DNA of 64,000 bases, from positions 1-64,000 of the forward strand of contig NW_021833289.1 of the NCBI RefSeq assembly GCF_006345805.1, given 5' to 3'. Below are positions 23,685 through 37,332 of this stretch, piece by piece. Every line of letters begins with the position of its first letter. Position 1 is the first letter of the stretch. The notes beneath the pieces are model-generated. The model made no database searches. It was given only the letters and a program-made list of their open reading frames with translations, and was not told the origin of the DNA. This DNA is from Octopus sinensis (lineage: Eukaryota). Both the position numbers and the translations under genes were made by a program.

Positions 23685-24067
23685 TACATTTGACTACAGC
23701 AAACACACTCATATATAAGATGGCTGCCCTGTACCATCAGCCCATCCTACATGTTCCACATCTGCCAACTGGCGATCTTTCGGAGAAAGTATATCTAAAC
23801 TGAAAGTATGTGTCCAACAATTTCTACAAAAAGTTTTTATTTCTTTAATTTTTTTTAGCTGAACATTGAAACACATGGTTGCATGCACAAGCACACACTC
23901 ACACTCAAACACACACACACACACATATATATATACACACATATATATATACATGCACATACATAGATACACATATTTTTATGCTTTCAAGAAATGCTTA
24001 TCTTTATGTATTTTTTCTGTGTGTATGTGTTTATGTGTGTATGTATGTATGTATGTATGTATGTATG

Positions 24068-24445
24068 TGGAGGCGCAATGGCCCAGTAGTTAGGGCAGCA
24101 GACTTGTGGTCACAGGATCGCGGTTTCGATTCCCAGACCAGGCGTTGTGAGTGTTTATTGAGCAAAAACACCTAAATCTCCACGAGGCTCCAGCAGGGGG
24201 TGGTGGTGATCCCTGCTGTATTCTTTCACAACAACTCTCTCTCACTCTTTCTTCCTGGTTCTGTTGTACCTGTATTTGAAAGGGGCCAGCCTTGTCACAC
24301 TTTGTGTCATGCTGAATCTCCCCCGAGAACTACATTAAGGGTACACGTGTCTGTGGACTGCTCAGCCGCTTGCACGTTAATTTCACGAGCAGGCTGTTCC
24401 ATTGATCAGATCAACCGGAACCCTCGTCATCATAACTGACAGAGT
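24068..24445 (+). mobile_element. SINE family C, full length
   Basis: ggaggcgcaatggcccagtagttagggc (A box) ... ggtttcgattccc (B box) followed by a conserved body. Confidence 0.88.
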
Positions 24446-24985
24446 GCAACATATGTATGTATATTTGTGTATGTAAAGATATATAAGTATGTGTTTATGC
24501 GTATATATGTATATTTGTGTATGTATGTGTATGTATCCCTTCAAGGACATAAGAATAGTCGTGTGGGTGCTATAGTAGAAGACATTTGCCGAAGGTTCCA
24601 TGCAGTGGGACTGAACCCCAAACCATGTAGTTTGCATGCCAGCTTCTTAACTACACACATCCATGCCTGCACCTGCAAATTCATGCCTGCACCTGTGCAT
24701 CCACACCTGCATCTGCATGTGTAAAGCATTTCCACACCAGATTATTATCAAATACAGAAAGGAATTCCAGCCATGACTTGATGTGTTTTCTTTTATCAAG
24801 AGAACATGACAAGCCGAGATCTCATGAAGCATTGAGTGATAAGACAAATGACTAAGGACTAAAGGTCTTAATCGACATTCAAGATTAATTTCATTTTCAT
24901 CTGATAAATGCCCAGTTATCATGTGACAATCGAGTGGAATCTCAGAAAACTAGTGAAGTTGTGTTGTTAAATTATAATAATAATG

Positions 24986-25019
<34 letters not shown>

Positions 25020-25272
25020 TAATAATAATAATGATGATGATGATGATGATAGCAACGGTTTCAACTTCTGGCACAAGGCCAGCTATTTCAGGGAAGGGGA
25101 TTAAATCAATCACATTGACCCCAGTATGCAACTGGTACTTATTTTATCAACTCCGAAAGGTTGAAAAGCAAAGTCAACCTTGGTACAATTTGAATTTAGT
25201 ACATAAAAATGGATGAAATACCACTAGGCATTTTGCCCAGCGTGCTAACAATTCTGCCAGCTCACCACCTTC

Positions 25273-25301
<29 letters not shown>

Positions 25302-25304
<3 letters not shown>

Positions 25305-25745
25305 CCCGAAGGCATCGTCGAAAATAGAAATGCAAAGATCCTATGGGATTTTATGATTCAGTGCGACCATGAGATAGAGAATAGGAAACCAGACATAGTC
25401 TTAATTGAGAAAGAAAAGAAACTATGCTGGATCATAGATATAGCATGCCCAGCTGACAATAAGGTATGCGATAAGGAAGAAAGAAAAGTCGAGAGATATG
25501 ACAGGTTAGCTTGGGAGGTTAAGCAGTTGTAGTCGATGAAAAAGGTGGTAGTAGTACCAATAATTGTCAGATCCCTGGGAACAGTGAGTAAAAATCTCGA
25601 GAAGTACGTGGAACAAATAGGGACTGCAATAAGGGGATACTCTGGATGGTGCTCGAAAAATAAGGGGTGTTACTATCTGTGAACAGCTGGCACCATATTA
25701 CATCTCCAGCAATAGAAGCTGTGCAAAGACAATAAATAATAATTA
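25302..25745 (+). mobile_element. R4/Dong-type non-LTR retrotransposon 3' end (REL endonuclease), decayed
   Basis: KPEGIVENRNAKILWDFMIQCDHEIENRKPDIVLIEKEKKLCWIIDIACP...(stop)...VVVPIIVRSLGTV; PD-(D/E)xK motif; begins in a (TAA)n tract, the established target of Dong/R4 elements. Confidence 0.88.
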
Positions 25746-26169
25746 TTTCAAATTTTGGCCACAAGGGCAGCTTGGGATGAGTTGATTCAACTGGTACTTA
25801 TTTTATCAACCCCAAAAGAATGAAAGGCAAAGTCAACCTCGATGGAATTTGAACTCAGAATGTAGCAACAGGTGAAATACCACTAAGCATTTCATCCAGC
25901 GTGCTAACATGTCTGCCGGCTCACCACCTCGACGACGACGACGATCCTTTCTAGTGGTAGCACAAGGCTTCAAATATGGGTGAAGGGATTAAGTTAATTA
26001 TATCGACCTTGGTGAGTAACTGGTACTTATTTCATCAACCCTGAAAGGATGAAAGGTAAAGTCGGCCTTGGTAGAAATTTGAACTCAGAATGTAAAGATG
26101 GATATAATACTGCTAAGGATATTGCCCAATGTGCTAACGACTCTGCCAGCTCACCGTGTTAAAAATAAA

Positions 26170-26216
<47 letters not shown>

Positions 26217-26224
26217 AAAGTGAT

Positions 26225-26445
26225 GGTATGTTGTCAACTTAATGTGACAGTCCCATGAAAGGGAAGAATGCTACTGTTATTTAGCCCTGGGAAACACCGT
26301 TTCCAGCTGGCCAGGACACATTTTCTGTGTCCTTATGTTTTCAAAGGGGGAGATAAGCACCTCTGCCCAGCAAAGCCAGAATCCAGAGACTAGTTTCAGA
26401 GTCATTGCTCATCATCAGTCTGGAGTAGCACGGCTTGCAGGCTGT
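26225..26445 (-). mobile_element. Short hammerhead-bearing element (Penelope-like/retrozyme-like)
   Basis: Homologous to 3015-3215 and 61420-61642; adjacent to (TAA)n. Confidence 0.7.
26382..26424 (-). ncRNA. Minimal type-I hammerhead ribozyme, intact core
   Basis: UCCAGA-CUGAUGA-UGAG CAAUGA CUCU-GAAA-CUAG-UC|UCUGGA: perfect 6-bp helix I, 3-bp helix II, palindromic ACUAGU helix III, GUC site. Confidence 0.8.
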
Positions 26446-27070
26446 TGATGCCTATTCGCCTTTGAAAACAGGATATATATTACTATTTTCGAAATAATAA
26501 TATAAATAGTTCAAAAGAATGGAGCAATGCTTTTGTGCAATGAGGAAGAAAGGACATTGTTTGTAGTGGTCACCTGGTCAATGTTGACATCACTGAAGAT
26601 GTCATTGTATGGTTTCATTAGAAGATTCTGGCTTTATAAATTGCGGTTGCTATGGTATCGGTCAGTTCTACTTGAACATAATTATTGTAGACAAGATTAA
26701 AAGGATGCTGCCATTGCTGCTGGTGATTCTGTTGCTGTCGATATTCTGTAGCTCCAAGGAAGACTACGATCAAGCAGGGCCCATGGTTATAACAATACAC
26801 TTGTTACAGTTGCCAAAGAAACAGTGAAACGATGTAGGATAGGTTTTGATACGCGCACAAGTGCACGCGCGTGCACACACACATGCACACGCACACACAC
26901 ACAAAGGTCTTCTTTCAGTTTCGATCAACCAAATCCACTTACAAGGCTTTGGTTGGCCTGAGGCTATAGAAGACACTTGTCCAAAATGCCATGCAAGCAG
27001 GACATATATATATGTTTATCTATCTGTCTATCTATCTATTTGTCTATCTATCTATCTATCTATCTATCTG

Positions 27071-27102
<32 letters not shown>

Positions 27103-27559
27103 ATCTATCTATCTATATATATATATATATATATATATTTATACATACAAACACACACATACACACACACACATACACACACACGCATGCACACACATGC
27201 ACACGCGCACACACAAGGTTACACGAAATGTGGTTTGTCTTTTCATTGGTTAGTGAGAAAAAGAAAATAAGAGTTGTACGTAAGTTTTGCAGAAAAATAA
27301 ATTGAGAAGGAAACGTCTTCAGTCAGGTGTCTGACATATCAAATAAAATTACACCTAAACAATAAATTCGGCAAACTCAAACACACACCCCCAGCCCAGC
27401 CCTTCGTCCTTGGCTCAAGATTAGGTACACAAATAAAGTATTTGACATAGTCGTTTGACTTGCAGGAAATAGCAGCTAAATCTTTATCAAACCAAACCAA
27501 AAAGAAGGAGAGACATATTGGATATTTGTTCCCTCTTGAGTCATGCCTGGCTCATAAGG

Positions 27560-27935
27560 GCCGGTTTCCCGGTTTCCTTGCCATATAAGTTGCCCACGTG
27601 GTTGGGACGCCTGTGCAGGTGGCACATAAAAAACACCATTTGAGTGTGGCTGTTGCCAGTACCGCCTGACTAGCACCTGTGCCAGTGGCACATAAAAAGC
27701 ACCATTTGAGTGTGGTTGATACCAGGCCTGCCTAACTGGCTTCTGTCCTGGTGGCACGAAAAAGCACCCACTACACTCATGGAGTGGTTGACGTTAGGAA
27801 AAGCATCCAGCTGTAGAAACTCTGCTAGATCAAGATTGGAGCCTGGTGCAGCCTCCTGGTTCACCAGCCCACAGTCAAATCGTCCAACCCATGCTAGCAG
27901 GGAAAGCGGACGTTAAACGATGATGATGATGATGA
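27560..27935 (+). mobile_element. RTE-type tail element
   Basis: Internal repeats, conserved tail and (GAT)n. Confidence 0.8.
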
Positions 27936-28521
27936 ATGTTATTTAAAGTAAATGCAACTACAAAAGTGAAAGCAAAATTCATGATTTAAGTATCTTCAGT
28001 AAATGAAAAGCATCAAACTTGAGCGACTTTTAGTATTTTCAACCTAACCTGTAGCAAATGCCACGATGATGATGATTGAAATGTCCTTTATACAATTAGA
28101 TGTTAAGAAACAACATATTCTGAGGCCCTTGGTACCATCCATGTCTCATATTTGTGGAATTCATTTGCAGATATGCACACGTTCTGCTTAATTTAGTGTG
28201 ACTGTAATTGCAAACTAGATGAGACATGTTTTGTTGAACTTTTAAACCTTTTCTTATGAAAATTGGTATTTTGAATGTGCCCTTAATGTTTTAATTGTGA
28301 GGTCATACAGGTCAAAGTCACTTTCCGTCAAGCATGGTCAAAGAACTATAAAAAGAACTTCATGGTACAAATGTTTTTGCTTATTTTGTAACTGTTGACT
28401 ATTTTGAAAATGCTTTTCCCAGGTGGCAACTGGCTTGAATATGTTTTGTGGTTCAGAAATATGGCCAGTTGTGAGAGAAGTGAATGTAAAAACAGTCCTG
28501 ATGTCTTCTGTTTATTTCTGG

Positions 28522-28874
28522 ATTAGGTTTGGAGGAAGATTTTAATTCAAAACTTATGAAAACAAGACATTTGTACAACAGAGCCGGAGCTGGTTTCAGC
28601 TGGGTTGGTATCAAAAGGGTTAAGAATTGTTTCTCTTTTATATATTTTAACCCTTTTGTTGCCATATTTCTGTTCAGATGCTCTGTTTCTTTCAATTACT
28701 TTAAATATAACAAGGAATTTAGTAAAATAACTTTGTTATCATTAAGCTAGTATTAGGAACATAAATTGTGACTAAGGTTTGGTGGAAGATTTTTACTTCA
28801 AAACTTATGAAAACAAAACATTTGTACTGCAGAGCCAGAAGCGGTTTCAGCCGGGTTGGTAATGAAAGGGTTAA
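28522..28874. mobile_element. piggyBac-like MITE: one full and one partial copy
   Basis: TTAA|cccttt...aaaggg|TTAA termini; reverse orientation relative to the 31849-33329 array and carries the same spacer. Confidence 0.75.
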
Positions 28875-29079
28875 ACAATAAAAGGTACAATTTGGCTTGT
28901 GTTGGTTTCTTATTTCAGTCTTGCATTTAATGACAAAATTGACATTTTTTGGTAAAAAAACTGAATTCCTGTTTAACAAAAAACTTGATGTGATAGAAAA
29001 TTTCTGAGGGCATTTCTGAACACAGCTTCATCCAATTTGATGGGATTAATTATAAAAAGCAATTATTATGATCACCCAG

Positions 29080-29080
29080 T

Positions 29081-29140
<60 letters not shown>

Positions 29141-29150
29141 GTAATAATAA

Positions 29151-29221
<71 letters not shown>

Positions 29222-29268
29222 GTAATAGTAATAATAATAATAATATAATAATAATAGTAATAATAGTA

Positions 29269-29325
<57 letters not shown>
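29080..29325. repeat. (TAA)n microsatellite
   Basis: Direct read. Confidence 0.97.
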
Positions 29326-29894
29326 GTAAATTCATCATCACCAACAATAACAACAGCAACAACAACCTCTTTAATAATCCTTTCTATTATAGGCAAAAGG
29401 CATGAAATTTTGTGGGGGAGGGGGCAAGTTGATTACATCAACCCCAGTGCCCCAAAAGGATGAAAGGCAAAGTCAACCTCGGTGGAATTTGAACTCAGAA
29501 CATAAAGACAGATGAAATACCTCAAAGCACTTTGTCTGGCGTGCTAACAATTCTGCCAGCTCACCGCATTAACAACTTCTTTAACAATAAAAGCAAACTT
29601 AAAAGGGCCTAAATGTGGTCACTTGATCTGCTAGAAATAGCAATCAAATCTACTTCACATAACATCCTACCCATGCAAAGGAGATAATGGCTAATGTAGT
29701 AAGCGATGCCTCTACAGAGACAGGATGGCCATAGTTGGAATATTTTTTATCATACACCTGCACGATAAGGGTTGACTGCCACAGAAAAAGTCCACCCTGT
29801 TAAATAATTGGCATCAAGGGGGGGGGGGCATCCAGCTGTAGAGACTGTGCTGAAGCAGACAACTGGTGCCTAGTGCAGCAGACCTCCAGGCTTA

Positions 29895-30161
29895 CCAGTT
29901 TATGATGATGATGATGATGATGATGATGGATGATGATTGATGATGATGATGATGATATGATGATGATGATGATGATGATGCTGATGATGATAGATGATAG
30001 ACGATTATGATGCTGATGCTGATGATGAGAGATGATGATGACGATAATGATGATGAGGATGATGATGATGACGATATGATGATGATGATGATATGATGAT
30101 GATAATATGATGATGATGATGATAGATGATAGATGATGATAGATGATAGATGATGATGACT

Positions 30162-30207
<46 letters not shown>

Positions 30208-30482
30208 CAGATGATGAGGAAAGTAAGAACAACAGCAGCAGCAACGACAGCAATATTAGCAACAAGCAGACACAACAACAACGCCAACAGCAACAGCAGC
30301 TACAACAAAGAGCAACAAGAGCAGCGGCAGCAGCAACCGCCACCATCACCACCGCCGCCACCATCGCCGCCACCACCACCACCGCCACCACCACCGCCAC
30401 CACCATCGCCACCACCACCACCACCACCGCCACTACCACCTCGACCACCACCACCACCACCACCATCACCGCCACCACCACC
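29895..30482. repeat. Compound (GAT)n-(CAG/CAA)n-(CAC)n microsatellite
   Basis: Direct read. Confidence 0.95.
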
Positions 30483-30824
30483 TCGGTAACAGTTCCTTCA
30501 TGTGTTTGTATAATGCATGGAATTCCAATTAGTCAGGAAGCTGCTGCTGTCAGTTCCAATGATAATTCTTCTCTCCTGAATCTCCCAAGTTGTTCTCATT
30601 TATTCCGGTTGAGTCTCAGACTCCAGCAGACTTGCTTCCTTTGCTAAAATAGCACCTCATTCCTTATCACCAGCCTTCATTGAATAATCTCATTCAGACA
30701 ATGTTTGTTGTTGTTGTTGTTGTTATTTAGCTTCAGTGCTACTTTAATCAAGCAGTCTTGTGACGAAAGGCATTCCCACCACGACTCTCCTGCTTGTTTT
30801 GTCTTTTGTTTTTTTCCAGAAGTA

Positions 30825-31060
30825 TATATTTCTTTACTACCCACAAGGGGCTAAACACAGAGAGGACAAACAAGGACAGACAAACGGATTAAGTCGATTA
30901 TATCGACCCCAGTGCGTAACTGGTACTTAATTTAATCGACCCCGAAAGGATGAAAGGCAAAGTCGACCTCGGCGGAATTCGAACTCGGAACGTAACTACA
31001 GACGAAATATGGCTACACATTTTGCCCGGCGTGCTAACGGTTCTGCCAGTTTGCCACCTT
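30825..31060 (-). mobile_element. SINE family B, near full length
   Basis: Reverse complement of ggcaaactggcagaaccgttagcacgccgggc...gagttcgaattcc...Nin-like core...gtagtaaagaaata. Confidence 0.85.
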
Positions 31061-31848
31061 CATCATACTTATAGCCTGTGCCTATACTTTTCCAGAAGTA
31101 TAGGCACAGGCTTGGCTGTAGGGTAAGAAGCTTGCTTCCCAACCACATGGTTCTGGGTTCAATCCCATTGCATGGCACCTTGAGGAAGTGTCTTCTACTG
31201 TAGCCTCGGGTCGACCAAAGCCTTGTGAGTGGATTTGGTAGATGGAAACTCTTGGAGCATTCACCTCCACCTCTAACTCGGTCACCTAGGTAATGGAAGC
31301 TACCTACCTCCTCTAGCTTACCCTCCGAGCAGTTGATGGAGTCTATACACACACACACACACAAACAGTGAAGGCACGTGGCTTAGTGGTTAGGGCATTC
31401 AGCTCACAATCATAAGGTCATGAGTTCAATTCCCAGCGGTGCATTGTGTCCTTGAGCAAGACACTTTATTTCACATTGTTTCAGTTCACTCAGCTGTACC
31501 TGTATTGAGTTGTACCTGCAATTCAAAGGGCCAGCCTTGTCACATTCTGTGTCACGCTGAATCTCCCAGAGAACTACATTAAAGACATGTGTGTCTGTGG
31601 AGTACTCAGCCACTTGCATATTAATTTCATGAGCACATCAACAGAAACACTTGTCACTGTGACCAATGCCGTGCCATTTATACAAATAGAAAAAAATGAT
31701 TATTTTATTTAATTTATGGGTGCAGCACAACACCAATGACCCTCGCTCCCAGAGCCTCAAGCAGTAGTATTTGTCACATATGTCCATAGCAAGTACAGCA
31801 GCATATAATTCCAAATCCTTCAGTGACTATCATCAGCATAAAGCTTCT

Positions 31849-33329
31849 TTAACCGTTTCATTACCAACCTGGCTGAAACCACTTCTGGCTCTGTAGTACA
31901 AATGTCTTATTTTCATAAGTTCTGAATTAAAATCTTCCACCAAACCTTAGTCACAATTTATGTTGCTAACATTAGCTGAATGATAACTAAGTTATTTTGC
32001 TAAATTCTTTGTTTTATTTAAAGTAATTGAAAGAAACACAGAGCATCTCAAAATAAATACAGTAACAAAAGGGTTAAAATATATAAAAGAGAAACAATTC
32101 TTAACCCTTTTGATACCAACCTGGCTGAAACCAGCTCTAGTTCTGTAATACAAATGTCTTGTTTTCATAAGTTTTGAATCAAAATCTTCCACCAAACCTT
32201 AGTCACAGTTTATGTTCCTAACACTAGCTTAATGATAACTAAGTTATTTTACTAAATTCTTTGTTTTATTTAAAGTAATTGAAAGAAACACAGAGCATCT
32301 CAATAGAAATATGGTAACGAAAAGGTTAGATATATAATAGAGAAACAATTCTTAACCCTTTTGATAGCACCTGGCTGAAACCATCTCTGCCTCTGTAGTA
32401 CAAATGTCTTGTTTTCATAAGTTTTGAATCAAAATCTTCCACCAAACCTTAGTCACAGTTTATGTTCTAACACTAGCTTAATGATAACTAAGTTATTTTA
32501 CTAAATTCTTTGTTTTATTTAAAGTAATTGAAAGAAACACAGAGCATCTCAATAGAAATATGGTAACGAAAAGGTTAAGATATATAATAGAGAAACAATT
32601 CTTAACCCTTTTGATAGCAACCTGGCTGAAACCATCTCTGCCTCTGTAGTACAAATGTCTTGTTTTCATAAGTTTTGAATCAAAATCTTCCACCAAACCT
32701 TAGTCACAGTTTATGTTCCTAACACTAGCTTAATGATAACTAAGTTATTTTACTAAATTCTTTGTTTTATTTAAAGTAATTGAAAGAAACACAGAGCATC
32801 TCAATAGAAATATGGTAACGAAAAGGTTAAGATATTAATAGAGAAACAATTCTTAACCCTTTTGATAGCAACCTGGCTGAAACCATCTCTGCCTCTGTAG
32901 TACAAATGTCTTGTTTTCATAAGTTTTGAATCAAAATCTTCCACCAAACCTTAGTCACAGTTTATGTTCCTAACACTAGCTTAATGATAACTAAGTTATT
33001 TTACTAAATTCTTTGTTTTATTTAAAGTAATTGAAAGAAACACAGAGCATCTCAATAGAAATATGGTAACGAAAAGGTTAAGATATATAATAGAGAAACA
33101 ATTCTTAACCCTTTTGATAGCAACCTGGCTGAAACCATCTCTGCCTCTGTAGTACAAATGTCTTGTTTTCATAAGTTTTGAATCAAAATCTTCCACCAAA
33201 CCTTAGTCACAATTTATGTTCCTAATACTAGCTTAATGATAACTAAGTTATTTTACTAAATTCTTTGTTATATTTAAAGTAATTGAAAGAAACACAGAGC
33301 ATCTCAATAGAAATATGGTAACGAAAGGG
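31849..33329. repeat. Six-unit tandem array (~251 bp) of a piggyBac-like MITE plus spacer
   Basis: Units start at TTAA 31849, 32101, 32352, 32602, 32853 and 33105; each reads ttaaccctttt...aaaaggttaa plus gatatataatagagaaacaattc. Confidence 0.92.
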
Positions 33330-33689
33330 CTGAATGCTTTTGTATTCAGAATTCTCTGTCAAATGCAATGTTTATTTGTCCATTGCTTTGAATTAACCTT
33401 TCATAATTGTGTGACCTTGATATTTCAATGCTGTGATTCATTATTTTTAGAATGACATTGTTGGGTAGGTGTGAGATGCCAGATCTGGCCAGTTTCAACA
33501 TAAAGCAAATAGAACATTTTGGCCAGATATGGCCTGTTTAAATATTAAAGGGTTTAAGTTACCCCTAATTCAGAGCCTTGTATGTCAAGCTACGTGAATG
33601 CCATTGTCAATGAGGTGATCATCCGATTCCCAAAAAAACCATTTGCTGAATTGCTGCTTTGCTAAGCTCTCTTAATTCCATTCTCTCCT

Positions 33690-34078
33690 TCACTCTCTTT
33701 CACCTGTTTCAGTCATTTGATTGTGGCCATGCTGGAGCACCGCCTTTAGTCGAGGAAATCGACCCCAGGACTTATTCTTTGTAAGCCTACTACTTATTCT
33801 ATCAGTCTCTTTTGCCGAACCACTAAGTTACAGAGACGTAAACACACCAGCATCAGTTGTCAAGCATGTTTGGGGGGACAAACAAACTCACAAACACACA
33901 CACATATATACATATATATGATGGTCTTCTTCTCAGTTTCCATCTACCAAATCCACTCACAAGGCTTTGGTCGGGCCGAGGCTATATTAGAAGACACTTG
34001 CTCAAGGTGCCATGCAGTGGGACTGAACCCGGAACCATGTGGTTCATAAGCAAGCTACTTACCACATAGCCACTCCTG
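33690..34078 (-). mobile_element. SINE family A, full length
   Basis: Reverse complement of the family A consensus. Confidence 0.88.
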
Positions 34079-34949
34079 CACTCTGTAGTGTTTACAGAGT
34101 TATGTAAAATGCACAACCTAAGCACAGGAAGGGGTGCATGGTAAGAAGTTTACCATATATGTATGTGATGGGCTTCTTTCAATTTCATTTTACCAAATCC
34201 ACTCACAAGGATACAGCAATAGACACATGCCCAAGGTACCACGCAGTGGGATTGAACCCAGAACCATGTACTTGGGAAGCAAACTTCTTACCATGCAGCC
34301 ATTCCTGTGCCTAGGTTGTGCATTTTACATAACTCCATAAACACTATTACCTAGAAAGGTTCTTTGCGTAGCTCCCTAAATACCATTGTCTAGGCTGTGT
34401 TCTTTTACCTGGCTCCCAAATGCCATTTTTGAGAATATGTATTTGCCAAGTACCCTAAACATCATTGTCTAGAATGGCTGGTTGCATACCTTCCTAACTA
34501 CCTTTATTTAGAACACAACTTTATTTTTTCTTTGTAGTAGCAGTAGCAGCAGCGGCAGACACTAGAAATAGATACAGTGATGGCTGGGGGTGGTGGATGA
34601 GTTGTTAAGGAGGTGGATTAGTTTCTCTGAAGTTGGCACTTTGCGTTCAGTACTTTTAAGACAGAAACCTGCTCGATACGAGAGAATGGAGCTGGGAGAT
34701 TCCTTATAAAAATAATCAGAAGAATACCAGCAAGTTGCAACCATCTTCTGCAGAAGTCTGCTGTAGTTTTAGGTTGCACATTGGCAGGCGGCGGCTGAGA
34801 TGAGTAATGCTTTCAAGAATATCCTCTGAGTCACTCCAAAGCATCTAGGTTCTAGACCGATTTTAATAAATCTACATGGCTTAATGGGAGTCTGGTCAGG
34901 GAAATGAATTGTGTGGCAATGTTCGTTCTATAGTTGTGGGAGGATGGTT

Positions 34950-35402
34950 CGTCATCATCATCATCATCATCATCGGTTAACGTCCGTTTTCCATGCTAGC
35001 ATGGGTTGGACGGTTCGACTGGGGTCTGGGAAGCCAGGAGGCTGCACCAGGCTCCAGTCTGATGTGGCAATGTTTGTTTCTACAGCTGGAAACCCTTCCT
35101 AATGCCAACCATTCCGTGAGTGTAGTGGGTGCTTTTTATGTGCCACCGGCACATGTGCCAGGGAAGGCTGGCAGTGGCCACGATCAGTTGGTGCTTTTTA
35201 TGTGCCTCCAGCACAGGTACCAGGGGAGGCTGGCAGCAGCCACGATTAGTTGGTGCTTTTTATGTGCCACCAGCACAGGAGCCAGTCAACGCGGCTGGCT
35301 TCTGTGCGGGTGGCACATAAAAAGCACTAACTGATCGAGGCCGATGCCAGCCTCCCCTGGCACGTCAAAAGCACCCACTACACTCACGGAGTGGTTGGCG
35401 TT
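34950..35402. mobile_element. RTE-type tail element with inverted 5' segment
   Basis: Minus copy 34950-35290 joined to a plus-oriented partial copy 35295-35402. Confidence 0.75.
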
Positions 35403-35569
35403 ATATACACAGACACACAGGAAGTAAAAAGGCACGGCAAAGGGAATGTCAACTAAATACTAAAGTATGTAGTCCTACCCATGGATTACATTTCAATTGT
35501 TTGCTTTGCGTATTAGATAAAAGATTTTGAGAATTAAGGGTGTCTATTTACTGCCTGCGTGTCTGTCTA

Positions 35570-36007
35570 TATGCATACACACACACACACAAATACATGT
35601 ACACACACACACATACACAAATACGTGTATGTACACACACACATACACACAAATACATGTACGCATGCATACACACATGCATGCACACAACACATATACA
35701 CACACATATTTGTACATGCACACTCACACACACACAAATACATGTATATATACACACACATATACACACAGATACAAATACATGCGTGCATGCATACACA
35801 CAACTACATGTATGTACACACACACATATATACACAGATACATGCATGCATGCACACAACACATATACACACACACACATATTTGCATATACGTACTCAC
35901 ACACACACACACACGCACACAACACACAAACAGACACACATACACACACAGCACACACACACCACACACACAAATAGACACATATACACACAGACGCACA
36001 CACACAC

Positions 36008-36044
<37 letters not shown>

Positions 36045-36050
36045 AACACA
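35570..36050. repeat. Degenerate (CA/TA)n tract
   Basis: Direct read. Confidence 0.95.
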
Positions 36051-36511
36051 CAATAGTGAAATGCTAACCAAACTACTTTCCGTTGTTCTATTCTGGTTCT
36101 GGCAGTTCCGGTTCCATGGGTGACTGACTCTGACAACCGACGCCGGAACCAGAGAAGATGCTTCAAAGTAATCGAAGAAACTTGTCTCGTGAACTAGTTA
36201 CGGAGGAATATATTCAGGGGTGCCGACAGGGTGTTGTTCAATCTGCTTAACAAATGGTGTTGGTTAGTTACATTCCTGTGACTTAGCAGTTCAGCAAAAG
36301 AGACAGAATAAAAAAAATACCAGGGGGTCAATTTGCCCAACAAAAATCATGTTCCAGCATGGCCACAATCCAATAACTGAAACAAGTAAAAAATAAAAGA
36401 CATATATATATCTTTTATATATAGATTATTTTATTTATTAGGGAATAAAAAATTCCAGCATCACAGGGATTAAAATAAAATGAATTATTCTTGATAAGGA
36501 AATATATGTTA

Positions 36512-37332
36512 CTAGCGGTATCGCCCGGTGTTGCTCGGGTTTGTTTCGACCCTTTAGAATTGGAATTTTTGAAAGGTAAAAATGTTGCATTATGTAGGCG
36601 TAGGAGTGGCTGTGTGGTAAGCAGCTTGCTTACCAACCACATGGTTCCGGGTTCAGTTCCACTGCGTGGCACCTTGGGCAAGTGTCTTCTACTATAGCCT
36701 CGGGCTGACCAATGCCTTGTGAGTGGATTTGGTAGATGGAAACTGAAAGAAGCCTGTCGTATATATGTATATATATATGTGTGTGTATGTATGTGTGTGA
36801 ATATGTTTGTGTGTGTATGTTTGTCAGTGTTTGTCCCCCCAACATCGCTTGACAACCGATGCTGGTGTGTTTACATCCCCATAACTTGGCAAAAGAGACT
36901 GATAGAATAAGTACTAGGCTTACAAAGAATAAGTCCTGGGGTTGACTTGCTCGACTAAGGCAGTGCTCCAGCATGGCCACAATCAAATGACTGAAACAAG
37001 TAAAGAGTAAAAGAGAAAAAAGAGAGAGTAGCTTGTTATTCTCTTTAAGTGAACATTTTTCTGGTTGAAATACACTAAAAAAGGGTGACACAGCAGTCAA
37101 AAAATCGTAAAAAATAGGGATTTTCATAGAAAAAAAACACATTTTTGATGTAAATAATTTTTGGTGTTAACATGGTCCGATTTGAATTTTTTCTTCAACA
37201 GCAAGCCTTATTCTATCATACTCTCAATTTTGATCAGCTTGTGCTGCAGGGTCTTGGAGGAGACAGTGTTAGTTGAAAGCTACCAAACCTGCCACACACA
37301 GACAACTTCAGCTTTGTATATAGAGAGAGAGA
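36512..37332 (-). mobile_element. Non-autonomous Helitron interrupted by SINE A
   Basis: Minus strand A|TC...cccgagcaacaccgggcgataccgCTAG|T; same family as 60415-60963. Confidence 0.85.
36598..37028 (+). mobile_element. SINE family A nested in the Helitron
   Basis: Full head-to-tail copy; Helitron sequence resumes after the tail (gtag present at both junctions). Confidence 0.88.

Noticed and set aside
26609-26827. ORF with signal-peptide-like MLPLLLVILLLSIFCSS
   Set aside because: No convincing splice donor, no homology recognised, and hydrophobic runs arise easily from ctg/ttg-rich DNA.
36100-36260. Kinase-like GTPEYIPP on the minus strand
   Set aside because: Immediately followed by an in-frame TAA; no DFG or other kinase motifs nearby.
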